Part shown: piece after piece, positions 23,880 through 35,674 of the stretch
How positions within the stretch are numbered: the stretch's first letter is position 1
Layout of the letters: every line of letters begins with the position of its first letter
NCBI GenBank assembly: GCA_010405405.1
Contig: MU004230.1
Span: 3,831,119-3,895,118 of the forward strand
Direction: 5' to 3'
DNA from: Microthyrium microscopicum
Taxonomy: Eukaryota
DNA length: 64,000 nucleotides
Made by a program: the position numbers and the translations under genes
The notes under the pieces: model-generated
Told to the model about the DNA's origin: nothing
Database searches by the model: none
The model's input: the letters and a program-made list of their open reading frames with translations, nothing else

Positions 23880-25361
23880 TCAGTAATAAGGCGTATTTGA
23901 CGAATACTGTCGGACGGTCCCTGGGTAGGCGCCGGGGGCTTCGTCTTGCTCCGTCTCTGAGCTACTGTCATCTGAGTAGACAGCATGCTTGTACGCATCT
24001 AAATCTTTTGGGTCGGGAGGAGCTCTCATCCTAGCCAGGATGTCCTCAGCCAGGCTCGGTGTAGCATACGCCGGAGTTTTGTGGAAGTCCCGTCCAGAAG
24101 GCAAGCCAGTCATCAATGAATCTGAACTTGGGATCAGGTGCATGCTATACTATGATACTGTCAGCGCATGGGAAGTGAGACGTGAAAGAAGACGTACAGT
24201 ATCATTTGCCTTAACCCACTTCTTCTCCAGCATATCGAGCACACGTCCCTCTTCAAATCTGCCACCATCTGCTCCCCATGAAGAGTCACCCTTTCGTACT
24301 TTCTTTTCTTCTTTCTTCTCTTGCCAGCCTCGTTTCAATTTCGAAAGTCCACTGACTTTTCCCTCATCATCGCCGGAGAATCCAAGCTCCTTTTTGGCGC
24401 CACGTATCAGGCTGATACCCTCTCCAATCTTTCCTTCAGCCTCTACTCCAATGCCCTGGAATCTCGCAGCTTTCGCTCGCGCTGTCCGACGCAAGTCGTC
24501 CACGTACGCTACTAAATCTTCATCAACGCCCTTGGCATTCCGAAGAGTCGCAGCAGCTTGACCAGCATGTTCCGCGGCACCCATGCAAATTCGCACCAGA
24601 AGATTCAGCCGACTTGCTTTGAGATCAGGCGCCTTGAACATCCAGTCCTTTGAGCTTTTATTCCTTTCTTCCGCAACGGCTACCGGGTACGGATCATCTT
24701 TCAGGACTGCTATTAGCGTGGCTTCCGCTAACGCTAAGCTGGCCAGCGCATTCAGAACCGAAGAGGAGATGTCCGCTGGTCCATTGGGCGTACTCTGGCA
24801 GGTCGAGGCTTTGTGAAAGAGATATTTGTGGATGGAACTGGCATCTAAGAGATGTTTCATAGCCTTGGAGATTGTTTGTGCGCGAGCTTCCGGCTCAGGA
24901 GGTGCTCCGTCATTCCGATATATAGCCCGTAGTGCGTCTCGGGCAAGAAGTGTTTGTACATATGCCATTACTTGCAGTACAAAGAAGATTTCGGAGTCCA
25001 GACTGCTTAGCTTAGCTCTTGATGGTTCGCGACCTAGTGGCGCGGATGTCAAAGTTGGTCTCCATTCTACTTCTGGTTCTCGTAGTAATACTACATCGAT
25101 TTCTTCGCCATCCACAGACCCTCCAGAAAGTCCAGTCTCCAAGGCAAAAAGGTAGGGAATATATGTTTCCAAGGCGGCTGAAATGGATCCCAGCTGGCCA
25201 CTCTGAGCTGTCGAAGCTATTCGCTTGTACGATTTCAGCGCATCTCGCAATGGAGTGCGGGCATTTGATGCTGCGATGGGCAAAGAGGGGTGAGTATTGC
25301 TGCTGAAGAAGTGGGAGAAGTCGATATGAGATGTTGTGGGAAGTACAAAGGGAAAAGGCAT
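23880..25361 (-). CDS. palC: pH-response regulator PalC (Bro1-like), 2 exons, about 477 aa
   Basis: Typical start MPFPFVLPTTS, then WRPTL, LALAEATLIAVLKDDPY and WMFKAP. Intron 24197-24150 joins KANDT|YSMHLIP. C-terminal LPSGRDFH and terminal YY. Confidence 0.92.
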
Positions 25362-25855
25362 CCCGTCTAGCCTTGATCTTTGTAGCTTTCTACAGTATCT
25401 TGATTGTATACTGAAGCCTTGATCTTTGAACGCGCGGGTGCTGTTACCGAGAGGCGGAGCAGCTGGTAGCAACGAGATATGATGTTTTTTTTTAGCTTAT
25501 TGTCACAGGCTCAACTCGATTAAGCTCGCGTCAATATGAAGCTCAGCAGAAATAAGATAGATAGGAGGTGGTGTGATGGCTACGACGTTCCAAACGATGC
25601 CCAGAACTTGTGAGTTGCAGAGGTGTATGAGGTTCATTTTAACCTCGTCCGGTTCAGCTGTCAAAGGCCATGATATTTTGCAAGCATTGTCTGATTTACA
25701 TCTGATTTCATGAGTTACAACCATCATGCTACAATTTCGGGAGAATTGAAAGAGTGAGAATAGAGAGAAGTTTGCAACAATACTGTATCAATGTTGTTTA
25801 TTGATATTCAAGTGGTAAGTTGGGGGTGGCTTTGTACTCCCTTCTATCCAGGTCT

Positions 25856-26344
25856 CTACCATATGCCAGCAGCCACCACTAACAATACTATCACTTTCCC
25901 AATCCAAGGTAATTGGTTTACTGTTCGACTTGCCAATGATGTCCTCTTTCCACATCCTGTCATCAGAGTCAATTGTCCCGGATTGTATCCAATCGCTTCC
26001 AAAGTAGAATCAACGCAATAAGTCCAGTTCTGAAAGGCTTGCGAGCTCGTCTTTTCTGTATAACTTGTTTGACAGTATTGAGTACAATTATTGAAAATCT
26101 GCAGTTCGCTTCCACCGCAGCAGCGCTGCAGACCTTCAAGGCGATATGGAAAGTTGACCTGGCAGTATCCAGCTCCCTTGGGAAAATTGGCCATGCCGGG
26201 GTCCCCGAATATAAGATCAGGACCCTCACTCGGTTTACATCGTTGAAGGTCTGCAGTGGGTAGAACTTTGTAGGATGATGTGGTTGGAGCTGGAGTTGGA
26301 GTTGGAGCCGCAGTGGGACTGAGACTGGAAATGGTTGAATTCAT
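25856..26344 (-). CDS. Small 8-Cys protein with C-terminal hydrophobic tail (GPI/tail-anchor-like), 162 aa
   Basis: ATG 26344. S/T/P-rich N-terminus, C...C...CC...C..YC...C...C, and C-terminal LPWIGKVIVLLVVAAGIW. Confidence 0.65.
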   Translation of the reverse strand: MNSTISSLSPTAAPTPTPAPTTSSYKVLPTADLQRCKPSEGPDLIFGDPGMANFPKGAGYCQVNFPYRLEGLQRCCGGSELQIFNNCTQYCQTSYTEKTSSQAFQNWTYCVDSTLEAIGYNPGQLTLMTGCGKRTSLASRTVNQLPWIGKVIVLLVVAAGIW

Positions 26345-27498
26345 AATGCAGGGCTTTGCGCTTGTCTTGAAGAAGTGTCTTTTCGTGATGGCTTTGGGAA
26401 TGAACTGTATAGAACGTATAGTCAAATGTGATGGATAACACGCGACCTTAAGTACACTTTATGGCTTGCATATTGCTAGGCATAGAAGTCTCTCACGATA
26501 AGAAGCGTCCTCGCCGCAATTGTTAGGAATCCTAGGGATTGGAAATATATTAGCGACCTCCCTAGATAGGTGATGGATCAATAGCTGCGTCTAGCCCTTG
26601 ACATGCGCGTAAAGCACTATAGCAACAAGTGATGCCTTTTCTCACCATGAGATCATGCTCCAGTGCTCTAGTTTACCAATTTGAGCAGCATTTAGATGAA
26701 TAGGACGCAATGCAATGGATATAGGGACCAAAATTTTGAAGCTTACTTACCTAGGTAGTTAGAAAGCAAGTTAAGGACTAGCGCATGCCGTATGAGCTTC
26801 ACTTTAACCTTTCCCAAAATCGGCCATGATACTTTGCAATGCTATATGGCACATAGGCAACCTCAAATCACAGCCTGACTTCTGCAGTAACAGAGATACT
26901 CGAAAGCAAATTCTAATATAATTGCGATTTTGGTTGCTTCTATACATTCAGCGGTTGGCCTGACAAGAGTATGTTGGCAGCGGTGTTGATGGTCTCGTGA
27001 GCTGGCGGCTGGGCTGTTACGCGACTGACACAGCTTTTTGGATCAACTCTGAGGATAAATCAAAGCTCCGCAAATAACTGAAAACGGCTTGTCTTTCTGT
27101 GCAGAGCATAGTATATATATATATCAGGTTGATAGCGAAAATGGAGGCCGTAGCAAGAGTAGGTAGCCCGCAAGACAGAGCTGTGATCCCGGTTGGCAAG
27201 CCAGGCTGTCACCCCTCACCACCAGCGCCCGCTCTCACCTTGCTCTCTCACACTCTCAAACCAGTCAAGCCCAGCCAGATGACAAGCAGCTGCGGCCTTG
27301 ATTCACTCCATTCTCATACAACTGTCACTCATCGCCTCCTCTAGTACATCTGTCTTGTACCTGACCGGTCCATTCCCTTCCTTCTCCTGCCTTCTGCCTG
27401 CTCACATCTACACCAACAATTTGGCCTTTTCTCAACACCATACACCATATATTCTCAGAGATCGTCATCGCTAGCTATCTGATCAGCCCAACCTCACC

Positions 27499-28605
27499 AT
27501 GTCACAATACGTGCAGGCTTTCCGGAGCGCTCTTAACACGGCGCGCGACCGTTATACTCCTGCCCGCCATCATTCAAACTTCCGAGAGTCGGGTCAGCTA
27601 TCTCCCGAAGAATTCCTCGCCGCCGGCGATTACCTAGTCTACAAGTTCCCATCGTGGAGCTGGAGCGATGCTTCAAGTCCGAGCAAACGCGTTGCATACC
27701 TACCCGAAGGAAAACAATTTCTCGTCACGCGAGCAGTGCCGTGCCGACGTCGACTGGGCGGCCAAAACATCGCAGATGCCGGAGATATGCAAGATGTTTT
27801 GATAATGGGCGCTGAAGGAGAGGAAGGGGAAGAGTGGCTGGCGGCTGGCGAAGTTGGTCCTGCTCCAGCCCGTACAGAAGACCGCAGCGGAGAGGTCAAG
27901 AGCGTCGACGATAGCGGCAAGCTAGGGGACATTGACGATGAAGAAGACATTCCCGATATGGATGAGGACGAAGAGGATGACGAAGCTATCATTCGCGATG
28001 GCAAAGGAAGCGCTGGAGCAGAGGACGAGTATGTGCCCCCATCTCTTTGGCCCCAATATTTTACTAATGTTACGTCCAGTTCATTACGCACATACAACCT
28101 ATATATCATGTATTCGCCATATTACCGAACACCCCGCCTATACCTTTCAGGCTATACATCAAGCTCCGCGCCACTTCCTCCAGAGAACATGATGGAAGAC
28201 ATTGTTGGGGATTACACCGACAAAACTGTAACTTTGGAACCTTTTCCTTTTGTCGATTCTGGCCTCCGAATGGCTTCCATACATCCTTGTCGACACGCCT
28301 CAGTCATGAAAGTCTTGCTAGATCGAGCAGATGCCGCCCTCAGGTTGCGTGTTGAGAAGATCAAGGATGGCAAAGCTAGCAGCAGCGACATCGTCAAGGG
28401 CTTGGAAGGCCTAGAAATTGGATCGAAATCCGGCTTGAAAAGCGAAACATCAGATTCCAAAGGAGACGACTGGGAAGTGCTCCAAGAAGGCGAGGGTAAA
28501 GAGGACGATGTCGCCATTCGTGTTGATCAATACCTTGTGGTATTCCTCAAGTTCATGGCTAGTGTTACGCCAGGGATCGAGCATGACTTTACCATGGGCG
28601 TATAG
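27499..28605 (+). CDS. ATG3: Autophagy E2-like conjugating enzyme Atg3, 2 exons, about 351 aa
   Basis: [48 protein letters not shown], catalytic HPC ([13 protein letters not shown]) and C-terminal [11 protein letters not shown]. In-frame 51-nt intron at 28029-28079. Confidence 0.97.
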   Translation: MSQYVQAFRSALNTARDRYTPARHHSNFRESGQLSPEEFLAAGDYLVYKFPSWSWSDASSPSKRVAYLPEGKQFLVTRAVPCRRRLGGQNIADAGDMQDVLIMGAEGEEGEEWLAAGEVGPAPARTEDRSGEVKSVDDSGKLGDIDDEEDIPDMDEDEEDDEAIIRDGKGSAGAEDEYVPPSLWPQYFTNVTSSSLRTYNLYIMYSPYYRTPRLYLSGYTSSSAPLPPENMMEDIVGDYTDKTVTLEPFPFVDSGLRMASIHPCRHASVMKVLLDRADAALRLRVEKIKDGKASSSDIVKGLEGLEIGSKSGLKSETSDSKGDDWEVLQEGEGKEDDVAIRVDQYLVVFLKFMASVTPGIEHDFTMGV

Positions 28606-28959
28606 TCTTCCAACTATAATTCGCTTATATTACTTGGAGACTTGGCGGTTACTTCCGTCGTTACTTGGATTTCTGACTTGGTTGCATTACATGTTATCCA
28701 TCCTTATAAGGCGTCAGTGGCACCTATGTTAACCTGAGCAGTAGATAAACGAATGAGCAACAAGCTCCGTCTATCACTTCGATACAAGGGAGAGTTGGAG
28801 AATTGTCTTTATTCATTATGGGCGTTAGACAAATTTAGGATTACCCAGTACTAGAATTTCATGCTTGATGCTGTTCGGACAGAAGCAAACGTATCGCCTT
28901 TTAGGCTCATGCATCGTAACATTATCATTAGGTCGCACTGTCTTCATCCACTTCCGTCA

Positions 28960-29483
28960 TCATCTTCTCCGGACTTCAATCTCTGGCGGTAATCTTTGGC
29001 CGGTTTCACTCCATCGGAATCTCCATTTTGGTGGTCGGTCGAAAGCTAGCTTTAATGGTGTCAGTATCACTGGGCATGGGCTCAATTCGATGTTTAAACT
29101 AACCTTCATCCCTTCATACCCATCAAGCTCATCTCCAAATCCCATCACTCGCAGCAGCGCCGCCCATATTCCTTGGTCCCGGTGATTTCTTGCAGACGCG
29201 GAACCGTTTATGAAGAAGTCGGCTTGTGGAGAGACATCGTCTTCCTCATCAATGACTCTGAATGGAAGACTAGGCGTGGGATGTTCCGCATTCAAGGAGA
29301 CGAGAATAGCTTTCTGCGTAGAATCAGCATCTGAACTACCACGACGAAGAGATGACATACCTCCGTAAGACCCATCGCTCGCAAATTATCCACCAAAGCC
29401 GCATTAAGACGACGATCGACCAAGGCCGGCGCCGCAATTGCTTGGCCAAGTATGGAAAGCACAACAATCGAAGATGCCTTCAT
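28960..29483 (-). CDS. Small secreted hypothetical protein, 2 exons, about 158 aa
   Basis: Signal peptide MKASSIVVLSILGQAIAAP followed by dibasic RR. Intron 29360-29314 (GTATGT...GCTGAT...CAG) joins MGLTE|KAILVSL in frame to TGA at 28960. Confidence 0.65.
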
Positions 29484-30807
29484 AGCGATCGAATTGTTCC
29501 GCAACGAAAAGAACGAACGTATATCCCGAGGCTATTCGAGCACTTCCAACCGACCCTTGATAAGAAGAAAAACGATTGTAAGCTCTTCTACAAACGCACA
29601 CATCATCGTACAAACGAACCAGAGAAAACACAATGATATATGCAACATATACACCACACACACAGAGTACTATAGTTCGCCTCCTTGGTTCACACCAGTC
29701 ACCGCACAAGAAAACAGCTGTACACAATTCTGTTCACCCCACGTACGCACCTGCTTGCTTGCATCCAGCCCTTTCTGTGCCACTGCAAGGAACCATGCGT
29801 CACGGTGGGCCGATACACTTGCATTGGGAACATGCACGCAAGGAAGATGGGTTGGGTAGTGGGTCGTGTTGAAATGTCTCAAGTAACAAAGGGGAGTGGG
29901 CTGGTGTGGAATGGATGCTTTGAAGACTACCCGCCCTTCAAAGCCAGGCGTTTTCTCTGATGATGTATATGATCTTAAGGTTTTCCTAGAAAGGAGAAGA
30001 TTTTTTACATATCTTTCCAATGGGTGCGAAGGGTTGACGAACTCTGGTCGTACAAGAAATCTTGCCTTTGAAGGACGCTTTACAAGGCCCAGGCCTCTGT
30101 GATTCCTGAATGTTCAAAACATAGCTTCACCGCAAGGTCTGTAACGATATTTCAAACCTCATGTATCTTTTTTGGGTGTCTGTGTGAGTGAGTTCGGTGC
30201 GATAAGGGTCCATGATCAAAGTTCTGTACAACAGGTAGTACAAAAGCTAGGTACAAGGATTCCTAATGTATAGAACACGCAGAATATTCCGCGCTGTGGT
30301 TGGAGGAGGTTGGGAGATGTGGCTACAAGGTGTTGACTAACGACGGACACAACAGATCGGCTGATAACCGAGTTGTACAGACCGTTGAGTGCAACGAGAG
30401 ATGTTGTACTGTCATTGATGCTGTAATCTAGATCCGTTTTGATGCGAAGGTGGTTTGGTACGATGGTTGAGATTCGTGAGACCGAATCCAAAGACATTCA
30501 AATTAGAGAGAACAAGAGGACTTCTACGGTTTATAGACCTTAACTGGCTAGGTCCATTAATGATAATAGGCGATTCGACTTTCGAACATACTGTACAATA
30601 GAGTTAATGGAGCAGTGAGACTTTTTTCAATCCTTCCAAGGTCTTCTCAAAGGGAATCCAATAAGACGAACGGAGGCTTCAATGGAACTTATTTATAATA
30701 TGCAGTACTGAGACAGAACTGAATAATCTTGCCTTACTAGATGTAAAAGGTACTAACAAGATGTCTTATACTATATATATCATATATAGGGATCTTCCAG
30801 GTTAGAT

Positions 30808-31698
30808 TTAGATCTTTTCTTCTTCGGTAGCAGGGCGGCGGCGGTTTCGTAGTGGCCTTCTTTGTAAGGCCCAGAGGCGAATCTTGCGCCGATGAATCAA
30901 GCCCAAAGCTACTATGATCATTGGTACTGCCATCGTTATGACGATCCACACCGATGGCGGCCGATGTAGTTCTGCAATATTCATGCTAAAAGCCGATACC
31001 AACAAACTCTGCGGAATGAATATAAAGGCGAGCCGACTTAAATCAGTAACTTGATAGGCCTGGATCGTAGCATGCTGTGACTGCCTGAGTTGAGCAATGG
31101 TGAGCAGTATCGTCATGGCTTTCTCGCACCTAGTGTTAAACAGTGCGCAGCGACGCTTGAATTCGTCAAAATCAATTTGCAGAACCGCTTGCAAATCGAG
31201 TTTACGTTGTAGGAGAGGCTCGGTTACGGCAGGCCATGAACGACTTCCCATGTTGTGGATAGCATATGAGGACACAGTGGCGAATCCTTTTATACGATCA
31301 ATGAGGCTATTATTGAAGCGCAGCTGCTCCATCCCTGCCTGTAAGCGATCTATATTTACCTGTTCGCATGCGTTGATGTCTTCCTCAATGGCATTTAGCA
31401 TCATATTCCAGGTCGTCACTGCTGATCTGATAATGTTAGCAAGAACAAAGAAGGGTTCCCGCAGCAGTAGCTCATGGTCTAGTTCATCTCTGATCTCAAG
31501 ATGTCGTAGGGGGTTTAGCATGTCGAGCTTACTTTGCAGGCTTTCCGCTTGCTTGCTCGCCCGACGTATCGATAACTCAGTTCTGGTGCCGGGGAGCGTT
31601 GTAAGGAATAGTAGGCACGACGCCAAGAGGACGACCGCTTGTAGTCGAGTCTGACCAGGCAAGCAGCGAATGACAAAGACGCCCAGTGCCTTGATCAA
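30808..31698 (-). CDS. Fungal CorA-like domain protein, last exon; 5' structure unresolved and possibly frameshifted
   Basis: C-terminal two-TM module VTDLSRLAFIFIPQSLLVSAFSMNIAEL...WIVITMAVPMIIVAL follows a helical stalk (EPFFVL...). Splice acceptor GCTAAC...TTTTAG at 31699. Confidence 0.6.
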   Translation of the reverse strand: MIKALGVFVIRCLPGQTRLQAVVLLASCLLFLTTLPGTRTELSIRRASKQAESLQSKLDMLNPLRHLEIRDELDHELLLREPFFVLANIIRSAVTTWNMMLNAIEEDINACEQVNIDRLQAGMEQLRFNNSLIDRIKGFATVSSYAIHNMGSRSWPAVTEPLLQRKLDLQAVLQIDFDEFKRRCALFNTRCEKAMTILLTIAQLRQSQHATIQAYQVTDLSRLAFIFIPQSLLVSAFSMNIAELHRPPSVWIVITMAVPMIIVALGLIHRRKIRLWALQRRPLRNRRRPATEEEKI

Positions 31699-32182
31699 CT
31701 AAAAGAACGCTTTGAAATATGTTAGCTAAATATGACGGTACTCGAGAATGCGTAGATGCATTTTTGAGTGACTTAACATGCCAAAATTTGCCCCTATTAC
31801 CCGAATTACCATGACACACAGCAAAGAACATGATCTGTTCCATGCTTACGAGCTTCTGGCTGTGCAGATGAGCTCTCCTAATCCTCGTTGCACCATATTT
31901 CGAATCCTCGGAAAGCTCTCATTCAGCTTGCATACAAGCATGATTCATCAACCTCCGTTTGTTTGCAAGATCCATAGTTGGGTGATCTTTTGCATGCTCA
32001 GTTGGCGATCTAACTTGTCTTTACCGACTATCTGTTCTTCAAACATTGCGATATCAAGGTGAATTCGACTTTCGAGAATTTCCATACTGATAACCTGCTT
32101 TGCGTTCAAACAAGACATGAGTCTGCGTCAGACCGCAATTCAAAAGCGTTATAACTTCGTCACAACATCAAAATATCTGAAT

Positions 32183-34447
32183 TCAAGCTATGTTTCGCTT
32201 GTTGTCGCCTACTTTCAAGGTATAACGACCCACAAGTACCTCTGTCGGCCATGAGGCAGCCTCCAGAGCAGCCTCTGTCAGCTTGATCAGCATCAAATCG
32301 CTTCCTATTCGCTCGGTCAGTTTTCTATCTCACGGACCGAACTCAATGGCGTGTGTGCTCACCCTTTGCGCCCATGAGGGAGCTTAGGATCGGCCGGTAT
32401 TCTTTGCGGCCTGATACTCTTGATACGTATGCATTCTGTCCAACTACGCACTTTGGGTTAGACGGAGCCAATTTACTAACGCGTTATCAATTTCGAGCTT
32501 TACCTGGGACCATGAGCTGTGGCGTCTCCAGCACGGTCGACAAGAATTTTGGACCATAATCAGGAGGTGGCTCGGGAGGTCTGGCAACAATCAACAAAAA
32601 ATAAACTTTACGACGTAGAGGTACTCACGAATCCGGAATACCTCTATATTGCGGGCCAGCGTGCCCATACGGCAGAATCATCGCAGCGGTAGAGAGTTTA
32701 TCTTCTGCTGCACTCATGAAATTCTCGTGAAACCACTCACGGCAGATACGCTGCCTTTCCCAGCCTTGTGCAGCCTCCTCATCTGTGGTATTCGTATCAA
32801 GATCACTTGGAAGCATTCAGCTAATGCCAAGAAAGGTAAATATTATAACTTACAATCTGAATCAATTGGTGGGCGCTGCATATGGTCTTTTCTTGAATTG
32901 AGCTTGAAAATCGGCTCGGAAGGTGCTTTATTCCTTATAGTAGTCATGGCATAATGGCGCAAATACGTTGTCTTTCAAATACGCTTTTAGTTGCATGCCT
33001 TTGGCATCCTTTGGGGGATTCTTGCGCCACTCATCTGCAATTGAAATCGAAGTTCGCTTCACGCCCAGAAAGGCCTCAAGAACTTTTATGAAGTCTTCAG
33101 TCATGGTTTGTTGCGAAGCATCTTCTTGGGGGAAAAGTCCACAGGATAAAGAAAGCGCTTGGGAAATCTCTTATGTAGCTGGAGCTCAAAGATCAAAGAT
33201 GCTAACTCCCAGAGTGACGCAAGTTTTCTATCAAGCAAGCCGAGTACGTCGAAGTGTCTGTCTGTAATTAAGATCCAGGGGCATGTCATATGGGCGGTTG
33301 TTGTGTTAATCAGAGTTGATGAAAACGCCCTCGAGCGACGTCGTGTCAAAAGATGGCCTCAAAGAAAAGAGACCGTTGCAAGTGGCCACTCTTCTGATGC
33401 TACCTCCAGCTGATAGGCATAGTTCAGTACACGTTCTAACAACAATCGTCTTTCTATAACTTACAATCCGTACCGACTGACGCAGCTTCCCAAGAACAAG
33501 CTGCCAGAGAAACAGCACCACCAGTTGTACTGCCTTCAGGAAACTGGTATTCGCCTCCTTGAGGATTTGTAGGCCTATGAACGTCAATACAGTTGTCACC
33601 CGTAGCAAATTGAGTCGTTTTGGTCTTGCCGATGATGACAGCTCCCAGCTCGATCAGTTTCGTCACGTAATCGGTGGTCGTGGTGGAAGGCCCGTATAGA
33701 GACTCAAAGTCACGACTAGCAAGTGTTGTTTGCAGACCCTCTCTGTCAAGGAGCTGCTTAATTGTGATCCTCTTTCCTGCCAAGGGCCTCGAATCGCTAG
33801 TGGGTTCATTGAGTCTACTTGGTGAGGCAACGAGTTTCCAGATTCCATCGGCAGAACACAAGTTGAGAGGGACGAGCCTAGCACTGGGTCTAATCCTTTT
33901 TCTTGGGCCCTTGGCCCGGATCGGCCGGCTTACTGCGACGGCCGCTTCATACTTGCGGGGATAACAGGAACAACAAAGACATCGACCTTATCCTCGTAGA
34001 GACGCCAAGCGTGATGTAGATTTGATCCTTGTACGAAGAAAGGTGCTGGCGTATCTGTTGTTGCTATCGACCCAGAGTCATAGTCAAACACATGCTCGAA
34101 GAGCCCCAGAGAAGAGATCTTTTGCGTATAGGACGACGAGTTTGTGTATGGAGGAACTTGGAAAACGGCTCGTTTCCGAAAGCTATCTGTGAGTACATCG
34201 TCAAACTGATGTGCGTCGTCGAGCATATGCTCCAGTATCTCTCTACCTAGTCAGATCCGCCTCGGGCACAGGTAGAAGAAGGACGACCGGCGTTATAGTA
34301 CTATCAGTCGAAACGCTGCTGAGCTTCACAGCGCCCTGCCAGTTTATGATATCAGCTAGTACATGGGCATAAAAACAACGCTCAGGGACTTACAGCAACT
34401 TCTGAGTGCATTCCATAGAGAATGCCGTTCACTAATGTGGAAATCAT
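32183..34447 (-). pseudogene. Amidase-signature family pseudogene (multi-exon)
   Basis: Motifs WRLYED, PLAGKRITIK, GAVIIGKTKTTQFA, EGSTTGGA, GTD|SGGSIR, SRVSGRKEYRP and SDLML. Lesions: TAG plus frameshift near 34243-34245, in-frame TAA 32930-32928 and TGA 32864-32862. Confidence 0.8.
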
Positions 34448-34646
34448 GATGGGGTCAGCACGACGTGCTCGACAGCTGGAGCTCAGAAGTCTATTCATTA
34501 TTGAGTTGTCTGTAAGGCTCTGCTGGCTTGCTCGGGACCTGCGCCCGTGCATTACACTCAATCACTGATATCAGATATGTATAGAGCCAATGCTGTGACG
34601 GGCTTGTAGCAGATTTGTTGGTCACAATCCTACCGCGTTTAACAAC

Positions 34647-35674
34647 ATGCCTTTGGACAAGATAGCCTCCATTCCTTACATCGAAGATGATGCGATCTAT
34701 CAAGAGCAGAAGGCGTATGCTATTGCTTTTGAACTGGACGGCGTGCCTGTAGAGGACCACAGCAATCACAAGATAAACAATCAGCAAGTTGTAGTGCATG
34801 ATTTGAGAGGCGCGTCTTCTACTCCTCAGCTGGAGAGCTCGGGTTTCCAATTCGTGCAGTCTGATTTGAGACACACCTTTCGAGAGCTCGACGCAAGAGA
34901 GTACGTGCAGCAACAGTACTTTCCTGATATTGCGAGATTGGTGATGTCGACTTTCCCGCAATACTCCAAGATCATCTATAGCGACCACGTAGTGAGTATA
35001 TACTATCATTGGCACCATTCTACTTCGCTTAGCTTCCGAATACTAAACCTTGATTCGTGAACTTGCGCAGGAGGAGCCCACGTTACCCGGCCAAAACTGG
35101 TTACAAGGCCAAGTTTGCTCAGCCTTCAACCGTACCACATGTGGATTATACACCAAATAGCACCCGAGCTCGTTTGCGCCAGATAACCGATGAGGCTGAG
35201 TTTGAACCGCTGAAGGATGCACCGTATGACTAATTGAAGTGGGTTCAACTCGTCTAAATCATTCTTGCCATTTCTAACAAGGTATGAAAGTGTTTGGCGT
35301 GTTCTCAAGGGACCAAACCATGACTGGCCACTGGCCGTTTGCGACTTTGCAAGCATTCATCCCGAAAAAGATCCATTAGAAAGCGACTTGGTATTCCGAG
35401 ACGCTGTGAGTGAAAACGTTGTTCTACGACACAACCCGAGCCATTCATGGTATTATCTCAGCGGCCAGCGCACCAATGAAGTCCTTGTTTTTCGCAATGC
35501 AACCTCGCCAGGAAGGTCGGCATCAAGTATCTTTCCCTGGTTAACTTCAAGTACCAGATGTCAGCTAACCATGGCGCAGAAGCTTTCCATGCGTCATTCG
35601 GCACTCAGGAAATTGTTGAGTCGGAGAAGGAACTCAGGCAAAGCATTGAAGTCAGACTTTTCGCATTTCTTTGA
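34647..35674 (+). pseudogene. AsaB/CmcJ/NvfI-like Fe(II)/2-oxoglutarate oxygenase, probable pseudogene
   Basis: Motifs VHDLRG, GFQF, HVD, NVWRVLKGP..DWPLAVCD, WYYLSGQ...EVLVF, AFHASF and RQSIEVR. In-frame TAA at 35231-35233. The first intron lacks an AG that restores the LRRR frame (GTGAAC at the expected acceptor). Confidence 0.75.

Noticed and set aside
23989..25306. Plus-strand ORFs overlapping palC, and similar antisense ORFs over ATG3, DUG1, the MFS and the PARP-E2 gene
   Set aside because: Antisense shadows of real coding sequence.
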